In this document: positions 1 to 8,721 of the stretch, piece by piece
Numbering within the stretch: the stretch's first letter is position 1
Layout: every line of letters starts with the position of its first letter
Assembly (NCBI GenBank): GCA_048882325.1
Contig: JBHLRS010000020.1
Location: 1-55,521 of the forward strand
Origin: Candidatus Thorarchaeota archaeon
GTDB taxonomy: Archaea > Asgardarchaeota > Thorarchaeia > Thorarchaeales > Thorarchaeaceae
Reading direction: 5' to 3'
Length of the DNA stretch: 55,521 nucleotides
Made by a program: the position numbers and the translations under genes
The notes under the pieces: generated by a model
The model's input: only the letters and a program-made list of their open reading frames with translations
Database searches by the model: none
Told to the model about the DNA's origin: nothing

Positions 1-73
1 GGTGGTCTAGCCCGGCTATGATACCGCATTGACAGTGCGGTGGTCACGTGTTCAAATCACGTCCGGCCCACCA
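1..73 (+). tRNA. tRNA-Val(GAC), 5' end truncated by window edge
   Basis: Anticodon arm CCGCA-TTGACAG-TGCGG, T-arm ACGTG-TTCAAAT-CACGT, 3' CCGGCCC-A-CCA followed by pyrimidine tract. Confidence 0.95.
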
Positions 74-144
74 TTTCTTCTCGGTAGTCAGAGATAGTTT
101 ATACTCTTTCATGCGTAATTTCCAACTGAAGGGGTGATTTTCGG

Positions 145-351
145 TTGGATGAATTGAAGAAGATCTGTACATCTTGTGGAAGCGAACAACTAGCTGGGCC
201 ATTTAAATCAAAGACGATTGTTTGGTATGGAATGTTCTCCTATGTCGCGAGTGATGCTTATGTTTGCCTTATCTGTGGACATGTTGAGGACTTTTTTACA
301 CAAGCGGATATCGAAAAGATCCGAAGAAAATTCGAGAAAGGACAAAGATAA
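145..351 (+). CDS. small zinc-ribbon protein
   Basis: CTSC...CLIC pairs, GGGGTGA RBS-like upstream, TTG start. Confidence 0.75.
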   Translation: MDELKKICTSCGSEQLAGPFKSKTIVWYGMFSYVASDAYVCLICGHVEDFFTQADIEKIRRKFEKGQR

Positions 352-421
352 CATCATCAGAAGGAAATCGACATTGAGAACGCAGACTCGTGTAATCTTG
401 GTATAATTTATTCAAATGTCC

Positions 422-466
422 TTGACAGTGCGGTGGTCACGAGTTCAAATCTCCTCCAGCCCGCTA
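422..466 (+). repeat. degenerate copy of tRNA-Val 3' half (anticodon loop to CCA position)
   Basis: 39/45 identity to positions 29-73, followed by a similar pyrimidine tract. Confidence 0.9.
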
Positions 467-504
467 CTTCTTCTCTTCTTCAACCTATTACCTAAAAAAT
501 CAGA

Positions 505-1053
505 CTACAACCCCTCGTGCGAAAGCGTAAGGAATTCAATCGCTTCTTCTAAAGTGAGTGCGACACCAAGCTCTTCAGGGTTCGTTTCGAGCCAACCATC
601 CAGATGTTTCGGACCTGGGAAGAAGTTATAGTGGTCACAGATCGGGATACCTTTTGGACCATCCCCAATCCAAAAGAGAATTGAAGGGTGAGAAACACGA
701 ACCAGCTCGCTACCCTTGATTTCAATCTCCATTTTCTCACCACAATGGAAACAAGTTGCATTGATGAGGCCTTCACCACGTATCAGTGACGTCCCAAGGG
801 CGTCATAACCGCACATCACCTTTACTTCACGTCCGTCCTGTGAAACAATGGAGTGTCCGCGGTCTGCGTCTGTTTCCCCGATTGCCATCTTTCCATCACG
901 AATCGAAGCAATCCACTCCCGACCGCGATCTGTCGCTATCACTTGTGCCCTGGCAAAATCTATGAGCTCATTTAGGTCAGCAGGGGGCTTCTCCATCTGG
1001 TACTGTTTCTGAAGGCGTTTAGCCAATTGAGGATCAAATGGTATCTTTCTCAT
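505..1053 (-). CDS. organomercurial lyase MerB-like protein
   Basis: CGYDALG, ATCFHCGEKMEIEI and ICDHYNFF motifs resemble the MerB catalytic domain. Confidence 0.7.
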   Translation of the reverse strand: MRKIPFDPQLAKRLQKQYQMEKPPADLNELIDFARAQVIATDRGREWIASIRDGKMAIGETDADRGHSIVSQDGREVKVMCGYDALGTSLIRGEGLINATCFHCGEKMEIEIKGSELVRVSHPSILFWIGDGPKGIPICDHYNFFPGPKHLDGWLETNPEELGVALTLEEAIEFLTLSHEGL

Positions 1054-1313
1054 TCATCTCACCGGGTTTATTATTAATTTGGGAGAAGAATAATGAGCTT
1101 TACTATACCTACCACGTTTTTCATAGGATCAATTTGCTTGGAGTATTATTATAATCGGACATACAGCTGTTACGTTTCCTTTGTTCACAGTTTTTGGTCA
1201 ATTCTATCTTGACGAATAGTTAGCTTAATCACAATTAAATAGAAATTCAATTGAATTTATTAATAAATTTTGACTTGCCTCTATGAGAGAATCGAAATTC
1301 TGAGGGAAATTTC

Positions 1314-2648
1314 ATGAATAAACAACGTCGAATAATTGCGATCATTGTAGCTGCACTTATTCTATCTATCTTTTTTACACCCATTCTAGTTCGGAGTTCA
1401 ATGAATTTTGACCACACTGTCTGGTCAGTAGCATTTGGAGGGGCAAATTACGATGAGGGTTCATCAATCATACCTTGTGATAACGGGGGTTACATTATGT
1501 CTGGCAGAACCCAAGGGTTTGAGGTGTTATCACATGATGATGAGGTTTGGCTTGTGCATTGTAATCAGGATGGAAACCACATGTGGAATAGGACATATGG
1601 TGGCGGGATGAAATATGGAGGATATATGAGTACACATCATCATTCTGTGACAGTTATCAAAGCTGAGAATGAGGGGTACCTTCTTACAAGTCACACGACC
1701 AATTTTGGCCCTGGAGATGTCAACGGCTGGTTGATACATACCGATAAGAATGGGGTTCATCTCTGGAACCATACTTATGGGGGAGCATCGGACGAGATCC
1801 TGATCAAGTCAGCAAGAAGTAGTGATGGAGGATATGTTTCAGTGGGATTCTCTGAAAACATCACAGCTGGTATAATTGATGGGTGGATAATACGTACAGA
1901 TGCGAATGGACAACATATCTGGAACCATACCTGTGGTGGTGTGGATATCGGAGAATTCTTCACTGATGTCATCGAAGTACACCAGGGTGGTTTCCTAATA
2001 GCAGGACTTCTTGGTGGTTTTAGTTATTTTGAGGATCGGAGTGGTGCACCTCCCGATGTCTGGTTGTATCGTATTGATGCAGATGGGAATCATCTGTGGA
2101 ATCGAACCTATGGTGGTTCTGATGTGGATGGACCAAACCAGGTAATCCAATGCACAAACGAAGACTTTGCAATCTTTGGTGGGACCGCTAGCTTTGGTGC
2201 AGGGAATCTTGATGCATGGCTTGTAAGAGTGGATGATGAAGGAAATCATCTGTGGAATCGGACCTATGGCGGAGATAACATAGAAACAGGGTTTGGTGTA
2301 GCTGAATGCCAAGACGGAGGGTTTGCTTTATTCACACTCTCCTATACTGATGCAATCGGTACATCCGACGCATGGATCATACGAACTGATTCGAGTGGTA
2401 CTCCAATTTGGGATCAGAAATATGCGGGCGATGACTTCGACCAGTTTTGGGGTGGTATATGCATCGATGATGCATTTGTTGCTGTTGGTGTCACTGAAAG
2501 TTTCGGGTCGGGTCATGTCGACATGTGGGTTACGAAAATACCGGATAGAGCTCCATCGACACCTATTGATATAATACAAGTCATAATGATAGGAACTATA
2601 GTAACAGGAGTTCTTTTGGTTGTAGTTATACTCATCAGAAGGAAATGA
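1314..2648 (+). CDS. secreted/membrane-anchored beta-propeller repeat protein
   Basis: N-terminal signal, repeated W-L-x-R-x-D-x-x-G-N-H-L-W-N-R-T-Y-G-G units, C-terminal TM + basic tail. Confidence 0.85.
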   Translation: MNKQRRIIAIIVAALILSIFFTPILVRSSMNFDHTVWSVAFGGANYDEGSSIIPCDNGGYIMSGRTQGFEVLSHDDEVWLVHCNQDGNHMWNRTYGGGMKYGGYMSTHHHSVTVIKAENEGYLLTSHTTNFGPGDVNGWLIHTDKNGVHLWNHTYGGASDEILIKSARSSDGGYVSVGFSENITAGIIDGWIIRTDANGQHIWNHTCGGVDIGEFFTDVIEVHQGGFLIAGLLGGFSYFEDRSGAPPDVWLYRIDADGNHLWNRTYGGSDVDGPNQVIQCTNEDFAIFGGTASFGAGNLDAWLVRVDDEGNHLWNRTYGGDNIETGFGVAECQDGGFALFTLSYTDAIGTSDAWIIRTDSSGTPIWDQKYAGDDFDQFWGGICIDDAFVAVGVTESFGSGHVDMWVTKIPDRAPSTPIDIIQVIMIGTIVTGVLLVVVILIRRK

Positions 2649-2654
2649 GAAGAA

Positions 2655-2688
2655 GTGGTCACGAGTTCAAATCTCGTCCGGCCCACCA
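2655..2688 (+). repeat. copy of tRNA-Val 3' end (variable loop to CCA)
   Basis: 32/34 identity to positions 40-73; the two differences are a compensatory T-stem pair. Confidence 0.92.
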
Positions 2689-2756
2689 CTTCTTTTCACC
2701 AATGTAAATGGAAAAAGACAGAGAAGATGAGTGCTTTCACACTCACCTTACCCAGA

Positions 2757-3998
2757 TTACGATTTTTTACGCGCGAAATTTACTACTCCCAGTAAGATTA
2801 CTACGCCTACACCTATTCCAATGTAGAGAAGATTGTCTAGGATAATATCGATAAGTCCACCATTTGTTGTTGGCATAGTTGGTGTTGTAGTAGAGGTATA
2901 AGCATCTAATCCTTGACGTGTGATGTTGATTGTACCAATGACCTCAGAGGTCGTGATGTTCGTGAAGACAGCAGTGTGATGAGCTAGAAAACCATCAGTC
3001 TTGAGGTAATCTGTGTGTATCTGGTGACGTATATCCCCACTTATACTATCTCGAGAGTAACCCCAGAACCAAGGATTTGTGCCATCAGGGGTAGCATTCA
3101 CAGCTGTATCCATCCCTTCTACGAGGTCATCAAGTAGAGACCAATTCCCAATGGGAACTGCAAGCCTCCAAGAATGCGAGAAGAATGGATCATACGATTC
3201 AGTACCATTTGCCCAGTAAAGATTTGCACCGATGTACAGGATGTCATCAAAGTCTACCATTAGATATGGAAGGATAGGAAGACCATCCTCGTCTACCTCA
3301 ATGTACATTTCTTCCTCGAGGTCTGTGAAACCTAAATCATCACCCGTGAGGTTTACAACAAAGTCGAACCTGTCACCATCATTGAAGCCCCAACGAAGGG
3401 TGTGATAAGCGAACCTGTTGAACTCCCAGAGTGAGATCGTTTCATCAGTTGTCGTGTTCTTATTCTCAATGTTATAGCTATACAACACTCCATCAAACTT
3501 GGAATAGTCAACTGAAACAGTGGTTTCAGTGTCAGCTGAGTTGTTGGTCTTGTATGAGAAGCCCCACAAATTATCATCATATTGCACGGTTATATCTCGA
3601 GCCTCGACAAATAATAGGCCTTCAAGATCAGTCGCTGCAAGAGTAGTTAGTAAATCCCAGTTTCCAACTGGATACGCAAGATAGAGTATAAACAGGAATG
3701 TGAGAGCCATCAGACCTATGCTTGTGTCATTCTCGAAATTGATTACAACATCCAAGTACGAGAGATCTCCAAGATAAGTGACAGGGTCAGGTATCGGAAT
3801 ATTGGCATCTACAATCTCAATATAGATGACCTCAGTCGGTAAAACATCTCCTTCATCTGTGAGATCTAGAGTGAAGTGGAAACGATTACCATTCTCAGGT
3901 CTATAGAAGAATCCTTGACTTGTAAAAGCTGTTGTCTGTGGGATGATTATCATGGTTGTGAATAATGCGACTAGAGCAAGTGTAGCGCTTTTTTTCAA
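2757..3998 (-). CDS. secreted protein with internal domain duplication and C-terminal TM anchor
   Basis: Signal peptide, two similar halves (G.RF.F...PxGNW.LL...WG.S...DY.K.DG), Thr-rich linker, TM + RKKS. Confidence 0.8.
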   Translation of the reverse strand: MKKSATLALVALFTTMIIIPQTTAFTSQGFFYRPENGNRFHFTLDLTDEGDVLPTEVIYIEIVDANIPIPDPVTYLGDLSYLDVVINFENDTSIGLMALTFLFILYLAYPVGNWDLLTTLAATDLEGLLFVEARDITVQYDDNLWGFSYKTNNSADTETTVSVDYSKFDGVLYSYNIENKNTTTDETISLWEFNRFAYHTLRWGFNDGDRFDFVVNLTGDDLGFTDLEEEMYIEVDEDGLPILPYLMVDFDDILYIGANLYWANGTESYDPFFSHSWRLAVPIGNWSLLDDLVEGMDTAVNATPDGTNPWFWGYSRDSISGDIRHQIHTDYLKTDGFLAHHTAVFTNITTSEVIGTINITRQGLDAYTSTTTPTMPTTNGGLIDIILDNLLYIGIGVGVVILLGVVNFARKKS

Positions 3999-4106
3999 AC
4001 ATCCACCTCCGATTGATAATCATCACAGTGTCAAGAGTCTATAAACTATCTAGATAATTCCATCAAGCAGATAGTTTCTTGTAGCTATCTATGTGGCCAA
4101 TAGGAG

Positions 4107-4595
4107 TCATTCAAACCTATCGAGCTCTTCAGTCATCTCTCGTAGAGGAAGACTGTCCTCTCGGTTCGGACACCCCTCACACTCAACGTACTTCCCGCAA
4201 TTGAGTTGGAGGATGCCCTGATCCACCAAGAACTTGGGAAACTCTTGGTAAACCGATGTGTCAATCTCATCCTCGATTCCGCAGGAATACGAGTCATAGA
4301 GATCTGCAAAAAGGCCAATTATCTCAGTCAAAACCCTCGTGTGTACCTCAGCGTCCTCATCATCATCTGCAGAGATGGAGAATATCAGGTCCTCCTTTGG
4401 CATCAACATGAAACGTAGCCCACTGAGTGTTATCTCGTTAAGAGTGTCTGCCGAAATGGCACTGCCAAAATTACTCAGGGAGCTGATGAAACTGCTGATT
4501 TCCTCGGTGTTGTCACACATAGAATGGCACTCACCAAAGTTCGAACAGAGTAGCGCGCGACCATTCTTGTCAAGAATGAGAAGGTTTCGGATCAT
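4107..4595 (-). CDS. longin-like domain protein with C-terminal Cys cluster
   Basis: MIRNLLILDKNGRALL N-terminus and FISSLSNF/LIFSISAD pattern typical of longin folds; C-x5-C-x2-C tail. Confidence 0.65.
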   Translation of the reverse strand: MIRNLLILDKNGRALLCSNFGECHSMCDNTEEISSFISSLSNFGSAISADTLNEITLSGLRFMLMPKEDLIFSISADDDEDAEVHTRVLTEIIGLFADLYDSYSCGIEDEIDTSVYQEFPKFLVDQGILQLNCGKYVECEGCPNREDSLPLREMTEELDRFE

Positions 4596-4651
4596 GTGGT
4601 TCAGCTGTAATGAGTGTGTAGAATGCTAATGATATCTGTTTTTGGTGCATT

Positions 4652-5173
4652 CTAGAAGTACATTCCTGCACGTTCGGGGAACCGCTTTCTGAAAGTCTTC
4701 TCTGCTGACCGATCCAGAGAGATCTGCCTCTTCAAAATCTCAGGACTCAACGAACCCAAGTTCGGTCTCATGAGCACTGGACCCCGGAGAATGGGGGAAG
4801 GTGTATCTGCAGAGATATCGTCAATAGACTGCGGTACCCGTTTCAAGATGTCATCAAGACTGAGTTTTGGACCCTTTTCTCCAGTTAGTGAGTTCAACAT
4901 CCCCTGTAGATCTGACTCGCTGAGGGGACGAAGACCAAACTCAGGTGACGACCGGATAGAATCAACGGCATCACATGACTCAGGCAACTCGACTCCTGCA
5001 CCAGTGAACTGGTAGGGATTGAGTGGAATGAGCTTCAGCTGGAAGGCGGAATCGGAACTGAGAACCAGCATTTCCCCAAGAGGAGTGCTCATGATATGCC
5101 ACCCCCTAGGACGCTCTGAGTACTGCTTGAGAATGCGGGGAACAATTTTGTCAGCTGGTTCTGGTTTGGTCAC
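4652..5173 (-). CDS. hypothetical protein
   Basis: 173-aa ORF co-oriented with neighbours. Confidence 0.7.
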   Translation of the reverse strand: MTKPEPADKIVPRILKQYSERPRGWHIMSTPLGEMLVLSSDSAFQLKLIPLNPYQFTGAGVELPESCDAVDSIRSSPEFGLRPLSESDLQGMLNSLTGEKGPKLSLDDILKRVPQSIDDISADTPSPILRGPVLMRPNLGSLSPEILKRQISLDRSAEKTFRKRFPERAGMYF

Positions 5174-5244
5174 TTTTGTTCATTACTATACCAGCACATA
5201 CACAAAAAGCACTATCGGTAGTTGCGAGATGGTCTCAGGTGTCC

Positions 5245-5595
5245 TTAGGGCCATGTGGCCAATAGTTCTCCAAGCGGGTGGGACTTCTCTACAGACCCTT
5301 GCACAACATTACCTGAAGCTTCCAGGTCTTCAAGTATCTCTGTAGCAATCCTGTCAATGTCCCTAACATCATCAAGCACAAATCTGAAAGTGATTGGCAG
5401 ACCTTTCCTTTCCACTCCAACCGCGGTCAGAGTGAGTCTTCTAAGCCTCTTTTGATCATCCATAAATGGTCCTTGATAGAACTCAGGGCTGTAGACGACC
5501 ACTGCAGCCTCAGTAGCGACCTCCTTGAAGTCTGAGAGTCTGTTGAGCTGCACAGGGGGAATGAATACATTCTGTTCGGCGTTCACATTTTCCAT
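5245..5595 (-). CDS. hypothetical protein
   Basis: 116-aa ORF with ATG start, downstream of AT-rich promoter region. Confidence 0.7.
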   Translation of the reverse strand: MENVNAEQNVFIPPVQLNRLSDFKEVATEAAVVVYSPEFYQGPFMDDQKRLRRLTLTAVGVERKGLPITFRFVLDDVRDIDRIATEILEDLEASGNVVQGSVEKSHPLGELLATWP

Positions 5596-5754
5596 CTCGC
5601 TGTTTTTGAAGACCCTGTATCCCCTTCATTTCCGATGGAGAATTTCAGCATCTTCCCTGTTTTGCGGCCTCCCGGCCACTCTGTATGTATATCATTAATT
5701 ATATATAAATATTTCTAATTATCTATTTTTTTAATTATTTGTCTAAATAAATCA

Positions 5755-5772
5755 TTAGAACACGTGTTCTAA
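5755..5772. promoter_or_regulatory. perfect 18-bp palindrome, candidate transcription-factor site
   Basis: TTAGAACAC|GTGTTCTAA in an intergenic region near a TATA-like TTATATATAAA (~5699-5709). Confidence 0.5.
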
Positions 5773-5814
5773 GGTTTTCTAGACATGTGTGTTGCAGAAA
5801 ATGAGAGATGAGAT

Positions 5815-6294
5815 TCAGAAAGTGATGCAGACCCTTCGGATTCGCCCAATCTGTTGAGATTTGATGAAAGCCAAGTACTCAAAGACCCGGCGTATCAACT
5901 CAGATTTGGCACGAGAGCTGATTGATTTGTAGAACGTATATCCTGAGAACTCCTTCTCAAGAGCTTTGTTGCAGACATACAACCGTGGGTCAGTGTCGAT
6001 GTTGGACTCCGAGAATGGGGTCCGGTCCATCCCAAAGGGAGTTGGATCAGGGTCGTCATAGGAGAAGTCTTCCTTTGCCACCTCTTCCACAACATCAAGG
6101 ATTCCTGTGGTCATCATTAACCGAATCCTCTCGATGAGCTCACCTTCTGTTTCAGCCAGAACCATGAGCAAGGCTTTGACCTGCGGTGTTTCAGCTGCGT
6201 TGGCTGCCTTAAGATAGAAATCGTACTGGTTAGCGGTGGTAGTCAAGGCAAGTCTCAGTAGGTGTTGATGGGAGGTAGCATCGCTCATTACCAT
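5815..6294 (-). CDS. ferritin-like (rubrerythrin-like) four-helix protein, paralog 1
   Basis: FY..AA....P.VKALL..LAE.E and ALE.E..GY.FY pattern; start moved to ATG 6294. Confidence 0.75.
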   Translation of the reverse strand: MVMSDATSHQHLLRLALTTTANQYDFYLKAANAAETPQVKALLMVLAETEGELIERIRLMMTTGILDVVEEVAKEDFSYDDPDPTPFGMDRTPFSESNIDTDPRLYVCNKALEKEFSGYTFYKSISSRAKSELIRRVFEYLAFIKSQQIGRIRRVCITF

Positions 6295-6356
6295 GAAATT
6301 ACACAACAAATGAAGAAAGCACTTTCTATTCTGTACTAGATTTTGGCCCATTGGCG

Positions 6357-6809
6357 CTAAAATGTGATGCAGACCTTCCTGATCTGTTCAATCTGTTGTG
6401 CTTTGACAAAGGCCAGATATTCAAAGAGCCGGCTCGCAAGCTCGGTCTTTGCACGTGCGGCGATAGACAGGTAGAAGGTGTAGCCCTTGATCTCCTGCTC
6501 AAGTGCTTTGTTGCAGACAAAGATTCTTGGATCTGTATCCATTCTCTCAGGTGAGATTGGTGTATCATCGGGGGGGTCATCTGCCGCAGCGACTCGTTTC
6601 ATGACTTCAATCTCATCAAGAATTCCAGTGACTATCATATGATTGATATGAGCGATCAGGTCCCTTTCAGTTTCAGCCAATACATTGAGAAGAGCCTTTA
6701 CTTGGGGAGTTTCGACCTGTTCTGCGGTCTTCATATAATACTCAAAGTGACGGGTAGACATCGCCATTGCCATGTTCAGTAATGGATCTAAGGGATTCTT
6801 GCGACTCAT
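6357..6809 (-). CDS. ferritin-like (rubrerythrin-like) four-helix protein, paralog 2
   Basis: Clear paralog of the adjacent gene (ETPQVKALL, DTDPR, CNKALE, CITF); start at ATG 6809. Confidence 0.75.
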   Translation of the reverse strand: MSRKNPLDPLLNMAMAMSTRHFEYYMKTAEQVETPQVKALLNVLAETERDLIAHINHMIVTGILDEIEVMKRVAAADDPPDDTPISPERMDTDPRIFVCNKALEQEIKGYTFYLSIAARAKTELASRLFEYLAFVKAQQIEQIRKVCITF

Positions 6810-6859
6810 AGGAGTGCAGGAAATATGCAACCGCTTAGAAATGAGTTTCTATGGCGCAC

Positions 6860-7573
6860 TCAAAGTTTCTTGAAACTCGCTGGGTCGGCAAGGTAGCCAG
6901 AAATCATACTGAACTCTTCACTGGACATCCTGTCCTTTATCAGGGGAAGCCCCTCTTCTACAAGGTCTATGAGGGAGTGGAGTCTGATTTCAAGTTCGTC
7001 CGCGCGCTTACGGGCACCTTGCTGTCGGTCAATGACCACAGCAATATCATCAACAGTGTAGTTGCTTATTCCGCGCTTCTCAAGTTCAGCAATGACCTGA
7101 TCCCGAGCGACGAGTTTGCTCTCCATGCCAGTCACAAGATCGTCTACAAGGCAGATAGCATCACCCTCTTTCACTTCACCCTCAAGTAGGGAATGTTGTC
7201 CATACCTCGCAATCGCCTCCCTGAGGTCTTGTTCAGTTCGTACGCCGACTATCTTCCTCGTGTGACCAGCAGGAATTCCAGTTGAGAGTGACGTTGCTGT
7301 AGCGATAGGGATGCCTGCAAAAGCTATACCCACAAGCCTGTTGATGTGTGGTGCCTCCTCCTTGATGAGCTCACCCAGTGCATTTCCTACCTTCTCAAGA
7401 GTTTCTGGAAAGGAGGAGAGGATGCGCAGTTGGATGTAGAATGGGCTCGACAGACCTGAGTGTAAGGTCCACCCATCTGGCTTGTCACGAACAGATGTCA
7501 GTAACATCCTGTTCTCATAGATGTCCTGCATGATGCGCTTCTTCAGGCTTGCATCCACCATCCTATGCACCAA
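6860..7573 (-). CDS. pyrE: orotate phosphoribosyltransferase
   Basis: LHSGLSSPFYIQLR, GIAFAGIP and PRPP-binding LVDDLVTG motifs. Confidence 0.85.
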   Translation of the reverse strand: MVHRMVDASLKKRIMQDIYENRMLLTSVRDKPDGWTLHSGLSSPFYIQLRILSSFPETLEKVGNALGELIKEEAPHINRLVGIAFAGIPIATATSLSTGIPAGHTRKIVGVRTEQDLREAIARYGQHSLLEGEVKEGDAICLVDDLVTGMESKLVARDQVIAELEKRGISNYTVDDIAVVIDRQQGARKRADELEIRLHSLIDLVEEGLPLIKDRMSSEEFSMISGYLADPASFKKL

Positions 7574-7653
7574 GTTGGTAGAGGCATGTGGAAGTTCTTA
7601 ACTCTGCCCCCATTGCAGAGATTACTTATAGAGAGGGCGCTGATTATTGAACC

Positions 7654-8721
7654 ATGAACCAGAGGGACCTAGCCTATTGGCTTCTCGACAATGCAGGCCC
7701 TGTCATCAGGTTCAGGACCTTAGTGGACATCTTTCACGAACAAGATGTTGGTACCGTATCAAGGGCTCTAGAAGAGATGTCTACGAGTCCGGTAGTCATG
7801 AAGTGGTTGAATCTCATTGAGCACAGTCTAGCGTTCAACGATATACACTCAGGCAGACAGAATGCATTTGAGAATGTCATAGCTAAGTTGGTTCAGCTCG
7901 GGTGGCGCGCAGGACTACAACCCTTTGATAACAAGACTCTGTTCTTTAGAGTATGGCTGTCAGAGAACATTGAGAAAGAACCGATTAAACCTCATGAGGT
8001 ATTCAAGCGGACACTGATTGCATCTGTACTGGCGCGTGCTGGATATCAGACGGTTGATGCAGTTCAAAAACAAGTGCTCTCACGCCTGAAAACTGTACAT
8101 CAGTTTGCTAAAGATCCAGACTTCTCAAACATCTTTGTTGACAAATCAGAGTACAAGGGAATCCCAAAGGGCCTTGATAGTCACGATTTGGTCAATCCGG
8201 AACTATATCAACACCAGCAATTTACACTCCCATGGATCCACGATATCTATGCATTCAGTCATCTCGATGTCGTACTGAAGGTTGACCATAATCGCAACCA
8301 AGCTGAGGAAGTCCTCGAAACCATTCTCACTCCCGAATATCAAGAGCTTCCATGGAGTTACGGTATAGCTAAGTATGGAAAACGATACTATGTTCTGGGA
8401 TGGGCAGCCCACCTTCCTGGATACTTCAAGCCTCCCAAGGGCAGACTGTTTGCTGAGATGTTGCTTGTTCTTGAAGCATTAGCACCCTTCAGCTGTGTAA
8501 GGGGAAGCATATGGTTCAAGGACTCGATGAAATACTTGGAAGAATTCAGAACTGCGGAGGGTATCTACTCGTTTCCGAGGACATGGTTACCAGAGAAACA
8601 AAAAGGCTATTGGATAGGTGGGGAGTACATGGGTTTTGATGAGAGAAAAGGTAGAAAGAATGCTATTGAGGTTGAATCAACCTTCCGAGTTCTCAGTATC
8701 AGTAAACGAGCGGGTCTTTGA
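7654..8721 (+). CDS. hypothetical protein
   Basis: 355-aa ORF with ATG start and upstream TATA-like element. Confidence 0.8.
   Translation: MNQRDLAYWLLDNAGPVIRFRTLVDIFHEQDVGTVSRALEEMSTSPVVMKWLNLIEHSLAFNDIHSGRQNAFENVIAKLVQLGWRAGLQPFDNKTLFFRVWLSENIEKEPIKPHEVFKRTLIASVLARAGYQTVDAVQKQVLSRLKTVHQFAKDPDFSNIFVDKSEYKGIPKGLDSHDLVNPELYQHQQFTLPWIHDIYAFSHLDVVLKVDHNRNQAEEVLETILTPEYQELPWSYGIAKYGKRYYVLGWAAHLPGYFKPPKGRLFAEMLLVLEALAPFSCVRGSIWFKDSMKYLEEFRTAEGIYSFPRTWLPEKQKGYWIGGEYMGFDERKGRKNAIEVESTFRVLSISKRAGL

Larger units (their letters stand above)
29..2688. mobile_element. tRNA-Val-anchored cassette/micro-island array (two units bounded by tRNA 3'-end copies)
   Basis: Direct copies of tRNA-Val 3' part at 422-466 and 2655-2688 flank accessory genes; no integrase visible. 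Confidence 0.6.
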
